Of a DNA stretch of 64,000 nt, positions 26,203 through 38,539 are shown one piece after another. The position numbers were made by a program, and so were the translations under genes. The notes beneath the pieces are model-generated. The model was given only the letters and a program-made list of their open reading frames with translations, did no database searches and had not been told where the DNA came from. Position 1 is the first letter of the stretch. Each line of letters begins with the position of its first letter. The DNA comes from Octopus sinensis (taxonomy: Eukaryota). The stretch lies in contig NC_042997.1 of NCBI RefSeq assembly GCF_006345805.1, forward strand, positions 92,256,001-92,320,000, read 5' to 3'.

Positions 26203-27290
26203 TTTTTTTTCATCAAACATAAGATTTATTGCCTTCACAGTGTTTACTGTTTTACAAAATCACTCTAGAAAACTGGACAAAACAGAGAACACAATTGAAA
26301 AAGTTAAAAAGAAAAAAAAAAGAAAAATGAGGAAAAGGAAAAAAAACAATTCACCACCTTGGGTTGAAAAGTTGGGGCGCTGGGAAACCTTTCTAATGGC
26401 TATTGAGACACGCCAGCACGCTTGCAGCGTTGCCGTGGATGATGGCGAGGCTGATGCGCTGGAACAGCCAAGCGCCCCCACGAACCTCACCAGTTACCTC
26501 TGCAAGGCGAGTTGCCAGTGAAGACAGGAATCTCGCAGTTAGTGGTCCGAGCCTACCAAACGTCTCGAACGCCACAGGATGGAAAATGTAGCTGGCCGAC
26601 ATATCGCGGTATTTCAGGAGTTTGTTCCGCTCAGCCGCAGAAGCTGTGGATCTCGCCCTGATCGCAGCATCCAGGATGTGAGATGAAGCAAAGGAGTCGC
26701 TAACTGTGACATCCATACAAGGCATTTGCCTGGCGACCCGAGGCACGAGGTGAGGCTGTCAGATCTTTTCCCATCACATCTGGACAATCCAGATGGTTCC
26801 ATGATGGAGAGGATGTTTGCCCGGGCCAAGCTCCTCTTGAGTATCAGGTTCAACTCCGTATGACGCGCGAAGCCACCAGCATTCAGGCAGCAAGAAAGGC
26901 CATGGACGCCTGTGGAGTCAAGGAGCCTGCCACAACGACAGATCAAACGTGTGCATATGACAGCTCCCACTCTGAAGGCAATGGAGACACGAAGTTCGTC
27001 CAAGTTGAATAGGTCACCAACATTAGCCACAGAGATGGCATCAATCCAGTCACCTGAGTATTTAGCGCTAGCAGACAGTAAGCGGCACCTTGAAAACAGG
27101 TCCGTCTGGATGAAGAGGGAGTCGAATGTGGCCTTCGAAGTTATGTCGTCCCAAGCTCTCTAACTCCAACAGTCCTCCACCTTCTCAGGAGCAGACAAAC
27201 CCAGTTCCCTCCAATGTTGGAGAGCTTCATCTAACTCCGTTGGAATTGGTTCAGTTCGGGTCTTGTTAACAAGCCTCTGGAATCTTTTCC
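26203..27290 (-). mobile_element. 5'-truncated CRE-clade non-LTR retrotransposon (REL endonuclease end)
   Basis: CRCG..DSTGVHGLSC..RHTELNLILKRSL..EPSGLSRCDGKR.D; DVTVSDSFA..AERNKLLKY..PVAFETFG..QRISLAIIHGNAASVL. AATAAA and an A-tail on the minus strand near 26203-26230. Confidence 0.85.
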
Positions 27291-27479
27291 AAATTCTCCT
27301 AAGCGAACTTTAGATGTACTAATCTAACTAGACGTACAAACGCGCATGTAAGTTCAGTTTAGATTTTATGAACACCTATTGATCAATACAGTTAGCCAGT
27401 TCTGGATAGTTACAGAGTGCTTACAAAATACCTGCCTGGATTTGTAAATCCCTGCTACTTTGTATTACACACCGCGCGC

Positions 27480-27630
27480 GCATACAGTTTCGTCTATCAA
27501 ATCCGCTCACAAGGCTTTGGTGAGGCCGAAGCTATGGTAGAAGACACTTTGCTCAAGATGCTGCGCAGTGGACTGAACCAAGAACCACTTGGTTGGGAAG
27601 CAAGCTTCTTATCACACATCTATGCCTGAT
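27480..27630 (-). mobile_element. tRNA-derived SINE, second family (CACAAGGCTTTGG..AGAAGACACTTG); other full or partial copies near 40250-40370, 43520-43590, 46372-46520, 52920-53065, 56085-56240 and 61335-61490
   Basis: Repeated matches to GGTTC(C/T)GGGTTCAGTCCCACTG..GGCACCTTGGGCAAGTGTCTT..TATAGCCTC..GACCAAAGCCTTG on both strands. Confidence 0.8.
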
Positions 27631-29046
27631 TATACTTCTATAGTTTGGCGTTTCTCTTAAGATTCACCATATATATATGTTAAGTATTATATGTTTGTAA
27701 ATTAACATATACTTTGTAAATCATGAATTTGTTGATACTGACAATAACAAATTAAAATGCAGAAAGTGCTTATTATCAAGCCATTCAGTACAAGCGTTAG
27801 GGATTACTGTAAAAAAGAAATGCTTCCTTTGAAATGCATTACTAGATGCGAATCTTAATCACCAGCAATCAGACAATTTTCTATTGTAATTGCTATTCTC
27901 TTAGATCAAATAAACAGTTGCAGAAAAAAAAAGGAAAAAAAATTATAACCTCCATAAATGTGTTAAAGAAAATGATAAACATTGTTGCAAAATATCATTT
28001 ACTACCTCTACCCTCCGCACAACAATTCGTCGAGTCAGCTTCGAGCAAACACGGAAAGCCTATTTCAGCCTTTCTTCTAGTTAGTCACCTGACAATGTCT
28101 CTCAGCTGTATAGATGATTGAACAACAACAAAAAGCAATCAATAATTAAGCCAGAAGGTTTGTATACACTCGAGCAGAAGCATTATACAGAATAAATCAT
28201 TGTTACAATTTGAATAGCGTGAGCAGACGTCCTTTCAAGGAATTATGAGAGAAAGAAAAATTTAGATTAAAATCAATACAATGCTGATTCTAAACCAATA
28301 ACTTCCAATCTTTTTTTATGAAAACAACACGTATGTTTTTCCCTATACTGCCCCTAGATAATTTCATTTTGTTATCATGTTATCAATGCTCCAGGCTAGT
28401 GTTGTAAATATGACAGTCTTGTGTTGTTTCTGTCTTGGTAATAGTGTTCCACGGCCTTTTTGGATGGAGAAAAAAATGCTTCATACATAATTGCTCATGA
28501 TTAAACAAAAAGGGGCTTTGAGCTGGTAGAAACAGTAGAGCGCTTTTCACCACACTAGGATCGATAAAAAAAAATTAGTTTCCGTTGTTTTGTTTAGTTG
28601 AAGTCGGCCCTGAGCGAGTAAAATGATGATTAAAGATGTTCTAGCGTAGCTATCCCCATCTTTTTTTCTGTAACAGAGTACGATGTCTAACATGTCTTAT
28701 CATTTTAAAGAAGTAGGGTGTGATTTGAGGAAGATTTCTACGCTATCTCTACTAGGTTATGAGGCTACCTACAGGCTCCTTCGTTATTTCCGGTAATATT
28801 ATGAAGCTATTCAATCAGCCGCACCCAGTGGCACAGCGTGGGTTGTGCTTGGTGTGGGTTGTGCTTGGTCGGCCTCTTTATATAGATGTGTTTTTTTGAA
28901 ATCGAAAGAAGGTTACGTTTAGGGCGGCCAATTTGGATATTATACAGGTTGGCCCAAAACTACGCTACACCACTGATTGTACTACTACCATTCAGCTACT
29001 AGCCTCGCGTTCAGTCAAAAGAAATAAATTATTTGTTGCCAATAAA

Positions 29047-31850
29047 CAGTGGTGGGCACGGTTCCGATAATCCACAAACAGCTAATTAGCGAAGCTAACT
29101 TTTCGTTTAGCGGATTAGCGGGATCTTTTCATTTTGAAGGCCAGATTTTCCTAGTTAACTAAACAATTTGAAACTTCGTATACTGGTAGAATGTGTCAAA
29201 AGAAAACATAACTGTAAACCAAAATGAAAACAGAATTGTAATTTCTAAGTTTAACGTTGTTTAATAATTCGAATTTTAACCAATGGTATTCTTTGTTTCG
29301 ACTTCATATCATTTACTGCCTCTCAAAATATTGTTACTGTGACGTAAACAGCTATTTTGTGATGTAGTTAACGTAAACATGTATATAGCTAAAACGTAAA
29401 CATCCGCTTATCGTAAACAGCTAAATTCGCTTGGCATCATACACAGCTTTTTCAGTTCCCTAGAATTATATTTGAAACAAAATAAAAATTAAAAGATTCA
29501 TACGCATAAATATCCATCCTTAGATATCAGAAAGATTAGAAATGCAACAAAAATTTAAAATACCGGATCTTTACCTTTTGACCTACAGATTTAAAAAATA
29601 ATTTTTTCTAACTAAACACTTTCAAACTTCGTGGAGTATATATAAAATGTGTGTAGATCCTAAATAGCTACACACACATGTATACAAACATATGCATATA
29701 TATATATATATATATATATACACCTATACACACATATTCTAATGCATATATATTTATAATGTGTGTGTATTATAGATGCATACATTATATATATATAAAA
29801 GATGTTTACATACAATATATATATATGTTATATACATCTACATGTATATGTATGTATGAATATATAAGTGCCACAGAATTTGAATCAAACTGTTTTGATC
29901 CATACATACACACACACATACATACATACATACATACATACATACATACATACATACATACATACATACATACATACATACATACACACACACTAAAATT
30001 ACATCGTTGGAGCAGTAATTTATTTATGTATTTTTAAGCTGAATCCCTATCCTGCCATTAACCCCTTTCTTATAAAATAGTTGAAGAATCTGGGGTGTAG
30101 GAATTGGGCCAGTATTGGAACTTTTAACTTCTTGCTCTCTATCTTATGATCTCCGAAATTTAAGAATCTTATGTTAACTGGGCTCCTATTATTTACTCTG
30201 ACTCTGCCACCACCTCAATGCAAAGACTATCAATATCAGAATCATCTTCACGACCACCACTGAGACATCCTAACATAATCAATGCCACTACTACTATCAT
30301 CATCATTATCATCATCATCCACTGCCGCCACCACCACCACCACCACCACCACCACCACATCTACAAAAACACCAACACCAACACTATAATTGCTGCCATC
30401 ATACACATCCACTGTCACTACTACACCACCACCACCACCACTGCCATGATAACCACATCTACCACAGCTGTTTGCTTACTTCTTACCCACGTTGTTTAAA
30501 ATTTTCACAAAATAGCTGTCTACGTCACAGTAACACTATGCAGCTAATAATTTCAGATCAAAACAGACAATACGATTGGTTAAAATTCGCAGATTTAAAC
30601 TACGTTTAAACTTATAAAATACATTTTTCTCCAAAAAACTAGCTGAAATTAATGTTTTCTTTTGACACATTCTACCAGTATACGAAGTTTTAAATTATTT
30701 AGTTAACTAGAAAAATCTGGCCTTCAAAATGAAAAGATCCGATTAGCGTTTTCGCTAACTTTGGAGACCGTTAGCGGACCAATTAGCTTCCGCTGAATTT
30801 AGTTCTGCTAACAAAATTCACACATTTGTTCCTGTCTGTTGTGAGTGTGTCTCGAAGAGTCCGTCAAGCACGCTATTGGCAGACTACGCGTACACGTGAC
30901 AAGACGTGACTGGTCGACGCAGCAGCTAGCTGACCAACATCGAGCAATATTGCAATTTTGAGTTGTGTTTACTTAAGACGTTGTCACATTACAGTGTCAA
31001 CGATAGCAAGTGCACGTTATCGGTTTATCAAGTTATCGCTTATCGTTATGGAAGGTGAAAACGTTTTTGTTCGGCCTGAGGAAGAAAGGCCTGTTGAGAA
31101 GTCTGCAACGGTTGTGGGTGAGGTAGAGGTCGCTCAGGTTGAGAACCAGGAGACTCAGAACCCGTGGCCCCACCTGGAGGACTACTTTGTCCTTACGTCA
31201 AGGGATAAGAGGAACGCCAAAATCCTGTACTTCCGGTGCGTCATATGCCAGCCCAAGGAGACCATCATCAAGGAACAAGCGGCGAGCCTCTACAGCTTGA
31301 GGTCGCATGTCAAGAGAAAACACCCATCGCATACAATCCAGTTTGAGAAGAGGATCAAGGCCGGCTCTTCCCGTGGGAAATAGGCATTCTTCTGGTAGCA
31401 GTACCAGTAGCCAGTCGTTGCAGCCATATGCAAAGAAAACACGCCAGCCCAGCATTGGCGAGACGCTTGCCCAGACTGCTGGCGCTGGCGTCCGTCAGTC
31501 TATGGTGGACAGAAGGATTGTAGACCTGTTTGTCGACCACATGCTACTGCTGCATGTAGTGGAGTCCCCCACCTTTGTCAGCTTGATCAAGACGCTGAAC
31601 CCCAGGAATAGGTCGATGTTCAGCCGCACTCTGGGCAGGATGAACTTGGCCAGCCATAAACAGCTGGAAGAGTATCTTACAAGGTATTCATAAATTAAAA
31701 TTATACAAGTTTATTAAATTACTAACATGGCGTACTTCATATTGTCTCAATTTAATTCAATTATTTAATTATTTATTAAATAATTATTTTCTTAATTAAC
31801 GTAATAAGATGTATAATAGCTAACTGAAATAAATGTCATAATATATAATA
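29047..31850 (+). mobile_element. hAT transposon, 5' half (5' TIR and exon 1 with BED zinc finger), interrupted by a MITE
   Basis: TIR CAGTGGTGGGCAC at 29047. Exon 1 about 31048-31683: NPWPHLEDYF..CVICQPK..LRSHVKRKH (BED finger), then MLLLHVVESPTF..QLEEYLT. One in-frame stop; GT donor at 31684. Confidence 0.9.
29121..30740. mobile_element. Non-autonomous TIR element with long (about 250 bp) TIRs and 8-bp TSD, nested in the hAT 5' end
   Basis: GGATCTTTTCATTTTGAAGGCCAGATTTT..CTAGTTAACTAAA at the left end and its reverse complement at 30650-30740; inner IR GTTACTGTGACGTAAACAGCTATTTTGTGA; GATTAGCG duplicated at 29113-29120 and 30741-30748. Confidence 0.9.
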
Positions 31851-31855
31851 TACGT

Positions 31856-31919
<64 letters not shown>

Positions 31920-31959
31920 ATATATATATAATATATATATATATATGTATGTATATATA

Positions 31960-33252
31960 CGAGGGGCGTTCAATAAGTAATGCTCCTGACCCACTTCCCA
32001 TAGCAGTACAGCAACGAAACTTGGCACAGGTATTAGTCTTTTTCAGCATAGGAAAAACCCAGGGTTACGCATTTCTCCCATCGTTTGATGCAGCTCCGGA
32101 GACCGTTTTCGTAGAAGACCCCAGCTTGGTCCTCCAGCCACGACGTGACTTCAGAAATCAAGGCTGCATCAACTGGGAAACGCTTTCCTTTCAAAAACAA
32201 CTTCATGGCTGGGAAGAGGTGAAAATCAGAGGGTGCAAGGTCAAGAGAGTAGGGGGATGGGGGAAGAGTTCATAGCCGCACGCCTGTGCTTCTGATCTGG
32301 CGACACGCGAGTTGTGAACCGGAGCGTTGTCCTGCAGGAGGAGGATGCCTTTGCTGATCTTGCCCCGCCTCTTGGTTTTGATAGCTTCTCTTAATTTCCT
32401 CAAAAGTGAAGCATGATAGGCTCCTGTAATTGTGGTACCCTTTGCCAGGAAATCTGTCATCACTACTCCGTCCTGGTCCCAGAAGACTGTGAGCATGACC
32501 TTGCCAGCGGAGGGCTGCACCCTTGTCTCCTTTGGAGGAGGTGAGTCATGGTGCTTCCACTGCAGTGACTGGGCTTTGGTCTCTGGATCATAGTGATGGA
32601 CCCTGGTCTCATCCTGTGTAATCAGTCTTTTGAAAAATTTTTGCTTATCTTCTTGGCACATCCCTAAATTCATCCTCGAGCACTCGACGCGTTCTTGCTT
32701 CTGGAAAAGTGTGAGCAACCTGGGAATCCATCTGGCAGACACCTTTTGCATATGCAAATGGTCATGAATGATAGTTTCCACAGACCCGGTACTAATCTTG
32801 ACCTCATGGGCTATTTGGCGAATAGTTATGCGTCGATCTTCCAAAATGGCAGCCTCAACTTGACGGACAGATGCCTCATCAATGGCAGAAGGGGGGGCGA
32901 CCAGATCTGGGAGCTGTTTCCACAGAGTTCCGACCATGTTTGAATTCACGATGCCAGCTTTTTACAAGGTCATATGATGGGGCATCATCACCATAAGTTA
33001 CTTTTATTTCATCAAAAGTCTCCTGTGTTGTGCGTCATTTCAAATACAAAAACAGTATCACTGCTCGACACTCAACAGGCTCCAATTCCCACTTGACTCA
33101 TTTCAAACACATGTAAATCAGAAACCACAGTTAGTTCGGAGCTGTAATTTGCCACGTAATCTATAGTAATATAAAGAATTGTACATGCAAAATTTCAGCT
33201 AGATCAAACAACGGCAAGTGGGTCAGAGGCATTACTTATTGAACGCCCCTCG
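31960..33252 (-). mobile_element. Full-length (1293 bp) mariner, probably irritans-type DD34D, with a few inactivating mutations
   Basis: TIR CGAGGGGCGTTCAATAAGTAATGC at both ends, TA TSDs. Transposase motifs RSGRPPSA, SARWIPRLLT, ITQDETRVHHYDPETK, GKVMLTVFWD, LLQDNAPVH and HPP. An N-terminal stop and frameshifts are present. Confidence 0.95.
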
Positions 33253-33732
33253 TATATATATTCCACTCATGATTAAGTCTGCATAGCCAAATTTATTAAT
33301 GAAATAAATAAACAAACCTCAAGTTCTGAACTTATCAAATTCCGAACATCATTTCATCCACCATCTCGTTTATTCATCCCCACCTCCAACGCATCACCTA
33401 TCAGGGTAGTGTTACTGTTTTTCAAAAGTTTAGTAACAAGGCTTTAAATTATAGGCAATATTTCCATGAATTTAGAATAGTCAAGTAACGAATGTTAAAC
33501 TACTATTTGTGTGATTTCTATAAACAAAATATGGTTATAACATACTGCGATCAAATGTCCTGCCTCCTTCCTACCCTGCGGAAAATTGTACAAACCACGT
33601 GCTCACAAAAACTATTACAGCTTGCGTGGAGATGCAGATGGCAGGCTAGTTTCTTTTTCTTTTTAGTAGACCTTGATCAGACTCTGCGTTGGTTTATACA
33701 CACACACACACACACACACATACACACACACA

Positions 33733-33786
<54 letters not shown>

Positions 33787-34234
33787 ACAAACACACACAC
33801 ACATATATATATAGTTGAAAAATTTCGTTATAGGTATAAATATACCATAAACAAGTATAAAAAATGAAGGAAAAAAAGATGTCGAATTAAATTAGATTTA
33901 ATACGAAGTTGGATCCAATACATACGTACGTTTCGAAAGACAATACAAATATGTAATAAAAAATTATAATCATAGTAATTATAATTATAAAGAGATTACA
34001 CAAATTTTTCAAAAGCCATGGACTTACCATCATAATTGAGCAGGAGCACACTTCTGTGAACTTTTTGGATGCAAATTTTAACCCCACTACTTTATCTTAC
34101 CAACCATACCATAAACCTAATAGCAATATTACTTAAATACATTCGCAGAGCAATCATCCTACTAATATTCTTGATAACATACCTTATAACATTGAAAATA
34201 GAATTAATTCATTATCCTCGAATGAAGAAATTTT

Positions 34235-34652
34235 TCGTGAGGTATATTTGCCATTTACATATGGCTAACCCCTAAGGGTGGATGCTACTGTAGTTTGTAG
34301 CCCCAGGAGGACACCTCCTCCAGCTGGCTTTAGACACACTTTCTGTGCCCTATCAGTGTTTGCAAAGGGAAGCCATCCTTCCCGTCTTCAACTTATGATA
34401 CACACGGACTCGAGTTTCTGGGTATTGACCCGTCATCGGCTTGTGACAATCACAGTTGTCGATGAAAAGTAGGTTCCCAGAAACTCGAGTCCGTGTGTAT
34501 CATAAGTTGAAGACGGGAAGGACGGCTTCCCTTTGCAAACACTGAAAGTGTGTCTAAAGCCAGCTGTAGGAGGTGTCCTCCTGGGGCTACAAACTACAGT
34601 AGCATCCACCCTTAGGGGTTAGCCATATTTAAATGGCAAATATACGTCACGA
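34235..34652. repeat. Fold-back element: arms 34235-34422 and 34476-34652, 53-bp spacer
   Basis: Arms are reverse complements with a few substitutions and one indel of about 10 bp. Confidence 0.9.
34401..34445 (-). ncRNA. Type I hammerhead ribozyme candidate (core CCGAUGA, GUC site)
   Basis: Minus strand CACAAG-CCGATGA-C-GGGT(CAAT)ACCC-A-GAAA-CTCGAG-TC-CGTGTG: palindromic helix III, stem I 5 of 6 pairs. A mirror, more decayed copy lies on the plus strand at 34451-34497 (TCGATGA..GAAA-CTCGAG-TC). Confidence 0.55.
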
Positions 34653-35136
34653 TGTGTTGCAGCTACTGTTTATAACACGCTCTAAGATTTATTATTGAAG
34701 AAATTTTTAATAAGCATAAAAACTATTATAATCTGACTCTTAGGAATATTGGTTATAAATATCAAATTAAGTACAACAAAATTAACAATGAGTTTTCCAA
34801 TCATACCAACAGTTATATGGATATGAATTTCAATAAACACACAACAAATTCCAAGCACCATCATGAATTGGAATACCCTGGCACACATCTTATTTCTATG
34901 AAGTATATTTGTAATGATAACTCCACCATAAAACGGGAAAATTTTTTAATGACTATGGACCAAATAACAAGACTTTTACTAACCAGATTTTTACAAATAC
35001 CAAAATTTCTAATAAGATAAACAACTGTAATGTCATATACAGTCACTACGAGAAAAATATTAACATAGTTGGAAATAGTAACACGAAACAGTCTTTTCAC
35101 AAAAAATCTCCTATTTCTTAATTCCACCCCCCATAA

Positions 35137-35167
<31 letters not shown>

Positions 35168-35204
35168 CACGCGCGTATGTATGCATGTATGTATATATGT
35201 TAGT

Positions 35205-36968
35205 TAGTTAGTTAGTTAGTTAATTTGGCTCAAAAGCAAATAGCAAGGCCATGTAGGGGGACATGGAGTTAAGTACAGGGTGGTGTTCATGTAAAGAGTT
35301 CAGGCCACTTGAGGTCAAGGGAGGCTTTGAACAAAGCGGTCGTCGGCATCTTCACCATCTCGTCTGGCAGCTTGTTCCACGGATCCGCAACCCGGACGGA
35401 GAAAGCTCCTCTCCTTCGATTGAGATGAAATCGTCGCAGGTAGAGCTTTTCGGAATGACCCCGCAGCCGACGCTCTGGAGCAGGAGTGAAGAACAGCTCT
35501 TTCGAGAGGTTACACTTTCCGCTTATGATGTTGTGGGCGAGAATGCGATCACCACGGCGGCGGCGTTTTTCAAGAGAATAAAGGTCGAGCGTCCTCAGCC
35601 TTTCTTCATAGGACAAATTTTTGAGACCATGAACCATGCGGGTAGCCAGCTTCTGGACTCTTTCGAGATGCTGTATGTCTTTGAGGAGATAAGGAGAAGA
35701 TGCTTGAATCCCGTACTCCAATATGGGTCTCACCAGCGTGACATAGAGTGGTAGGAATATGGCTGCTGTGAGCATTCCGAATGACCGTCGAATCAAGAAC
35801 AGAATTCCGCGTGCTTTGTTGGCAGCATGGACGCACTGGTCCGAAGGCGAAAAGGAGGAATCCACCAAGATACCCAGGTCCTTTACCTGATCGGTCCTCT
35901 CCAGCAGCAGACGACCCGGCTCGAAATCAAGTTGAGTTGCAGGAGGAGAGCCAACAGGCAGATGACAGCACTTTGACACGTTCAGACACAGGTCCCATTT
36001 GTTAGACCACTTCCAAATTTGGTGGAGGCATCGACGAAGATCCTCTATATCACCGCGAGGAGCGACCAGTTTGATATCGTCGGGAAATAGAAGGGTGTGT
36101 TGCGTGAGGTCGTCGGGCAAGTCATTTATGAAGACTAAGAACAATAAGGGCCCAAGCACTGAACCTTGAGGCACGCCACTGCTCGCACTGGAGACGTCGG
36201 ACCGCGAACCATTAACTTGGACTTGGAAGGAGCGATCTGAGAGGAAGGCACCAACCCAACGTACAATATCCGGATGGAAACTATATGCTTGAAGCTTGAC
36301 AAGTAATAGGCGGTGGTTTACCGAGTCAAAAGCTTTGCCAAAGTCCAATAAAACGATGTCAACAGCATCACTATCATCGAGGATGCGCGTCACCAATTCT
36401 TCCATTACCAGTAAGTTGGTCAAACATGATCTCTTCGGCACGAAGCCGTGTTGGGAATCAGAGATAGAGGCTGTGTTTTGGAGGTGGAGCATCATACTTT
36501 TCTTAAGGATGGTTTCGAACATCTTGCTGATTATTGATGTAAGGGAAACCGGTCGGTAGTTAAGCGGGTCTTCGCGGCTCCCTTTCTTGAAAATTGGGCA
36601 GATTATCGCTGTTCTCCAGTCCGCAGGTATAACACCCGTCGCCAATGACATATTGAATAGACGTGTTAAGGGCTCGCAGATGACCGGAGCCAACGCTTTG
36701 ATAACCCGTGGGTGTATGCCGTCAGGGCCGTGACCCTTGTTGACATCGAGGCCTTGAATAACACGTTTGACTTCGTCCCGCGCGATGACCAATCTAGGCA
36801 TTGGAGGTACCGATCTATCAAATGGAGGGGGTTCACTACCATCATCTTGTTTGAAAATAGTTGAAAAAGCCTCGGCAAATAATTGACTCTGTTGATAAGG
36901 GTCCTCAATCGATACGCCTGTTGAGTCTACCAACGCTGCAATCTGGTTGTTCAAGCGGGAATTCCGTT
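35205..36968 (-). mobile_element. 5'-truncated CR1-clade LINE with a (CTAA)n 3' tail
   Basis: Uninterrupted RT frame; tandem TTAG repeats at about 35200-35222 mark the 3' tail. Confidence 0.9.
35287..36968 (-). CDS. CR1-type reverse transcriptase, C-terminal about 560 aa of ORF2 (no endonuclease; the upstream ATG of the ORF track is in flanking DNA)
   Basis: NYRPVSLTS, QHGFVPKRSCLTNLL, LDFGKAFDSVNH, SGVPQGSVLGPLLFLVFINDL, FPDDIKL, KDLGILVD, LERVQKLAT, RGHSEKL. Confidence 0.85.
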
Positions 36969-37014
36969 GGACATGGGCATGCATGTATGCATGTACGAGT
37001 ATGTGTGTGTATGA

Positions 37015-37270
37015 AGGCACGTGGCTTAGTGGTTAGGGTGTTGCACTCACGATTGCAAAATCATGGGTTCGATTCCCAGACCGGACTTTGCGTTGTGTTC
37101 TTGAGCAAAGCACTTTATTTCAAGTTGCTTTGCGATCATTTCGTTGTCTGACATGTAGCACACGGTGCACCTGTACAGGTAATGTCGATTTGATGACGGG
37201 AGTGAGCTTACGTATATATACACAAACATTTGATCATTATAAACAAATCATCGGTGTGGTTGATCGGCAA
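37015..37270 (+). mobile_element. tRNA-derived SINE; another copy at 58722-58950
   Basis: GGCTTAGTGGTTAGGGTGTT (A box) and GGGTTCGATTCCC (B box). Confidence 0.75.
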
Positions 37271-38388
37271 GAAATCCAATTCTTTATTTGCCACTAAGGG
37301 CTTTACACAGAGGGACAATACAGGACAGACAGGGTGGAATCATGTAGTCGATAACATTTAGTCGATAAACAGCGTGATTGTGAGTAAACAGTAATAACAG
37401 GTGTGAAGATAAAAAAAAATGAATAAAACAATAATAACAAAGAGGTAGCCAAAGGGGGAAGCATGCTGGGTTGGACGTGGAGACCCCACAAGCCACGAGC
37501 CAAACTAGTCGCTGGGGTAAAACCTAGGAATTCAGGCTCAAGTTAGACATGCTGCCTAACATGAATGAGAACATGAGAGAAGAAAAGAGGAGTTATTTAT
37601 ATTATGGGCTGTGCGTGTGTGCGTGGGTGTTGAAAGATTTTCCTCTCTCCCTTAGGTTTTCACGATTAAGTTTTTGTAAAGGTGTTTGGTAATGGTTCTC
37701 TGTAGACTCCCTATAGCATTGGGGTAGTTTTTCTTTAGGTGGATGTATTGGTCACTGTTTATTTTTACTATTTGTATGTGCTTGAGGCCATGCGGTAGCG
37801 TACTAATAGGATTGTATGGTGCAATGTCTGTGTTGTCTCTTGTATGTGTTTCATGAGGGATACGTTTTTTATGTTGATGACTGTGAAATTTGTGACTGTG
37901 CTTTTGGTGTGCGGTGCTGGTGGTGTAGGTAATGTGAATGTGTGTGATGGTGATTGTGTGCCTGTGTTCTGGTGGTGTGTTAGAGTGGAGTCTTTTCTTC
38001 TTTTTTTTCCTTTTGGGTATCTCCTTCCAATCATCGCTGTTGTCTTCTTTGGAGCCAACAGGGTCCAACTGAGTAGGTGATAAATCCCTTTGGGTTGGAT
38101 GATTAGGTTTATTTCATAGGAGTTGAGGTGGTTGGTTCGATGGCTAGGTCTTGGCAATGCGATACTTTCTCTTAGGGTGGTGCATTTGTCTCTATAAGCT
38201 CACAAAATATGTCCGTTCAGCAAGAAATTGCCGAACCCTTATACGTCGTCTAACGAGGGGAGAGTCCATGATAAACACACACACACACACGTGTATGTAT
38301 ATATATATATGCATATATCCCTATTTTCATCAATACAACATATATATATATAGACATACACATGCACACATATATATACACGTACATA

Positions 38389-38447
<59 letters not shown>

Positions 38448-38459
38448 CATACGTATGTG

Positions 38460-38501
<42 letters not shown>

Positions 38502-38539
38502 TATGCCTATGTTCATCAATACATACGTATATAGATAAA

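Noticed and set aside
30218-30499. Poly-His/Thr ORF as a host exon
   Set aside because: A CAC/CAT trinucleotide repeat inside the non-autonomous TIR element, with no domain or splice support.
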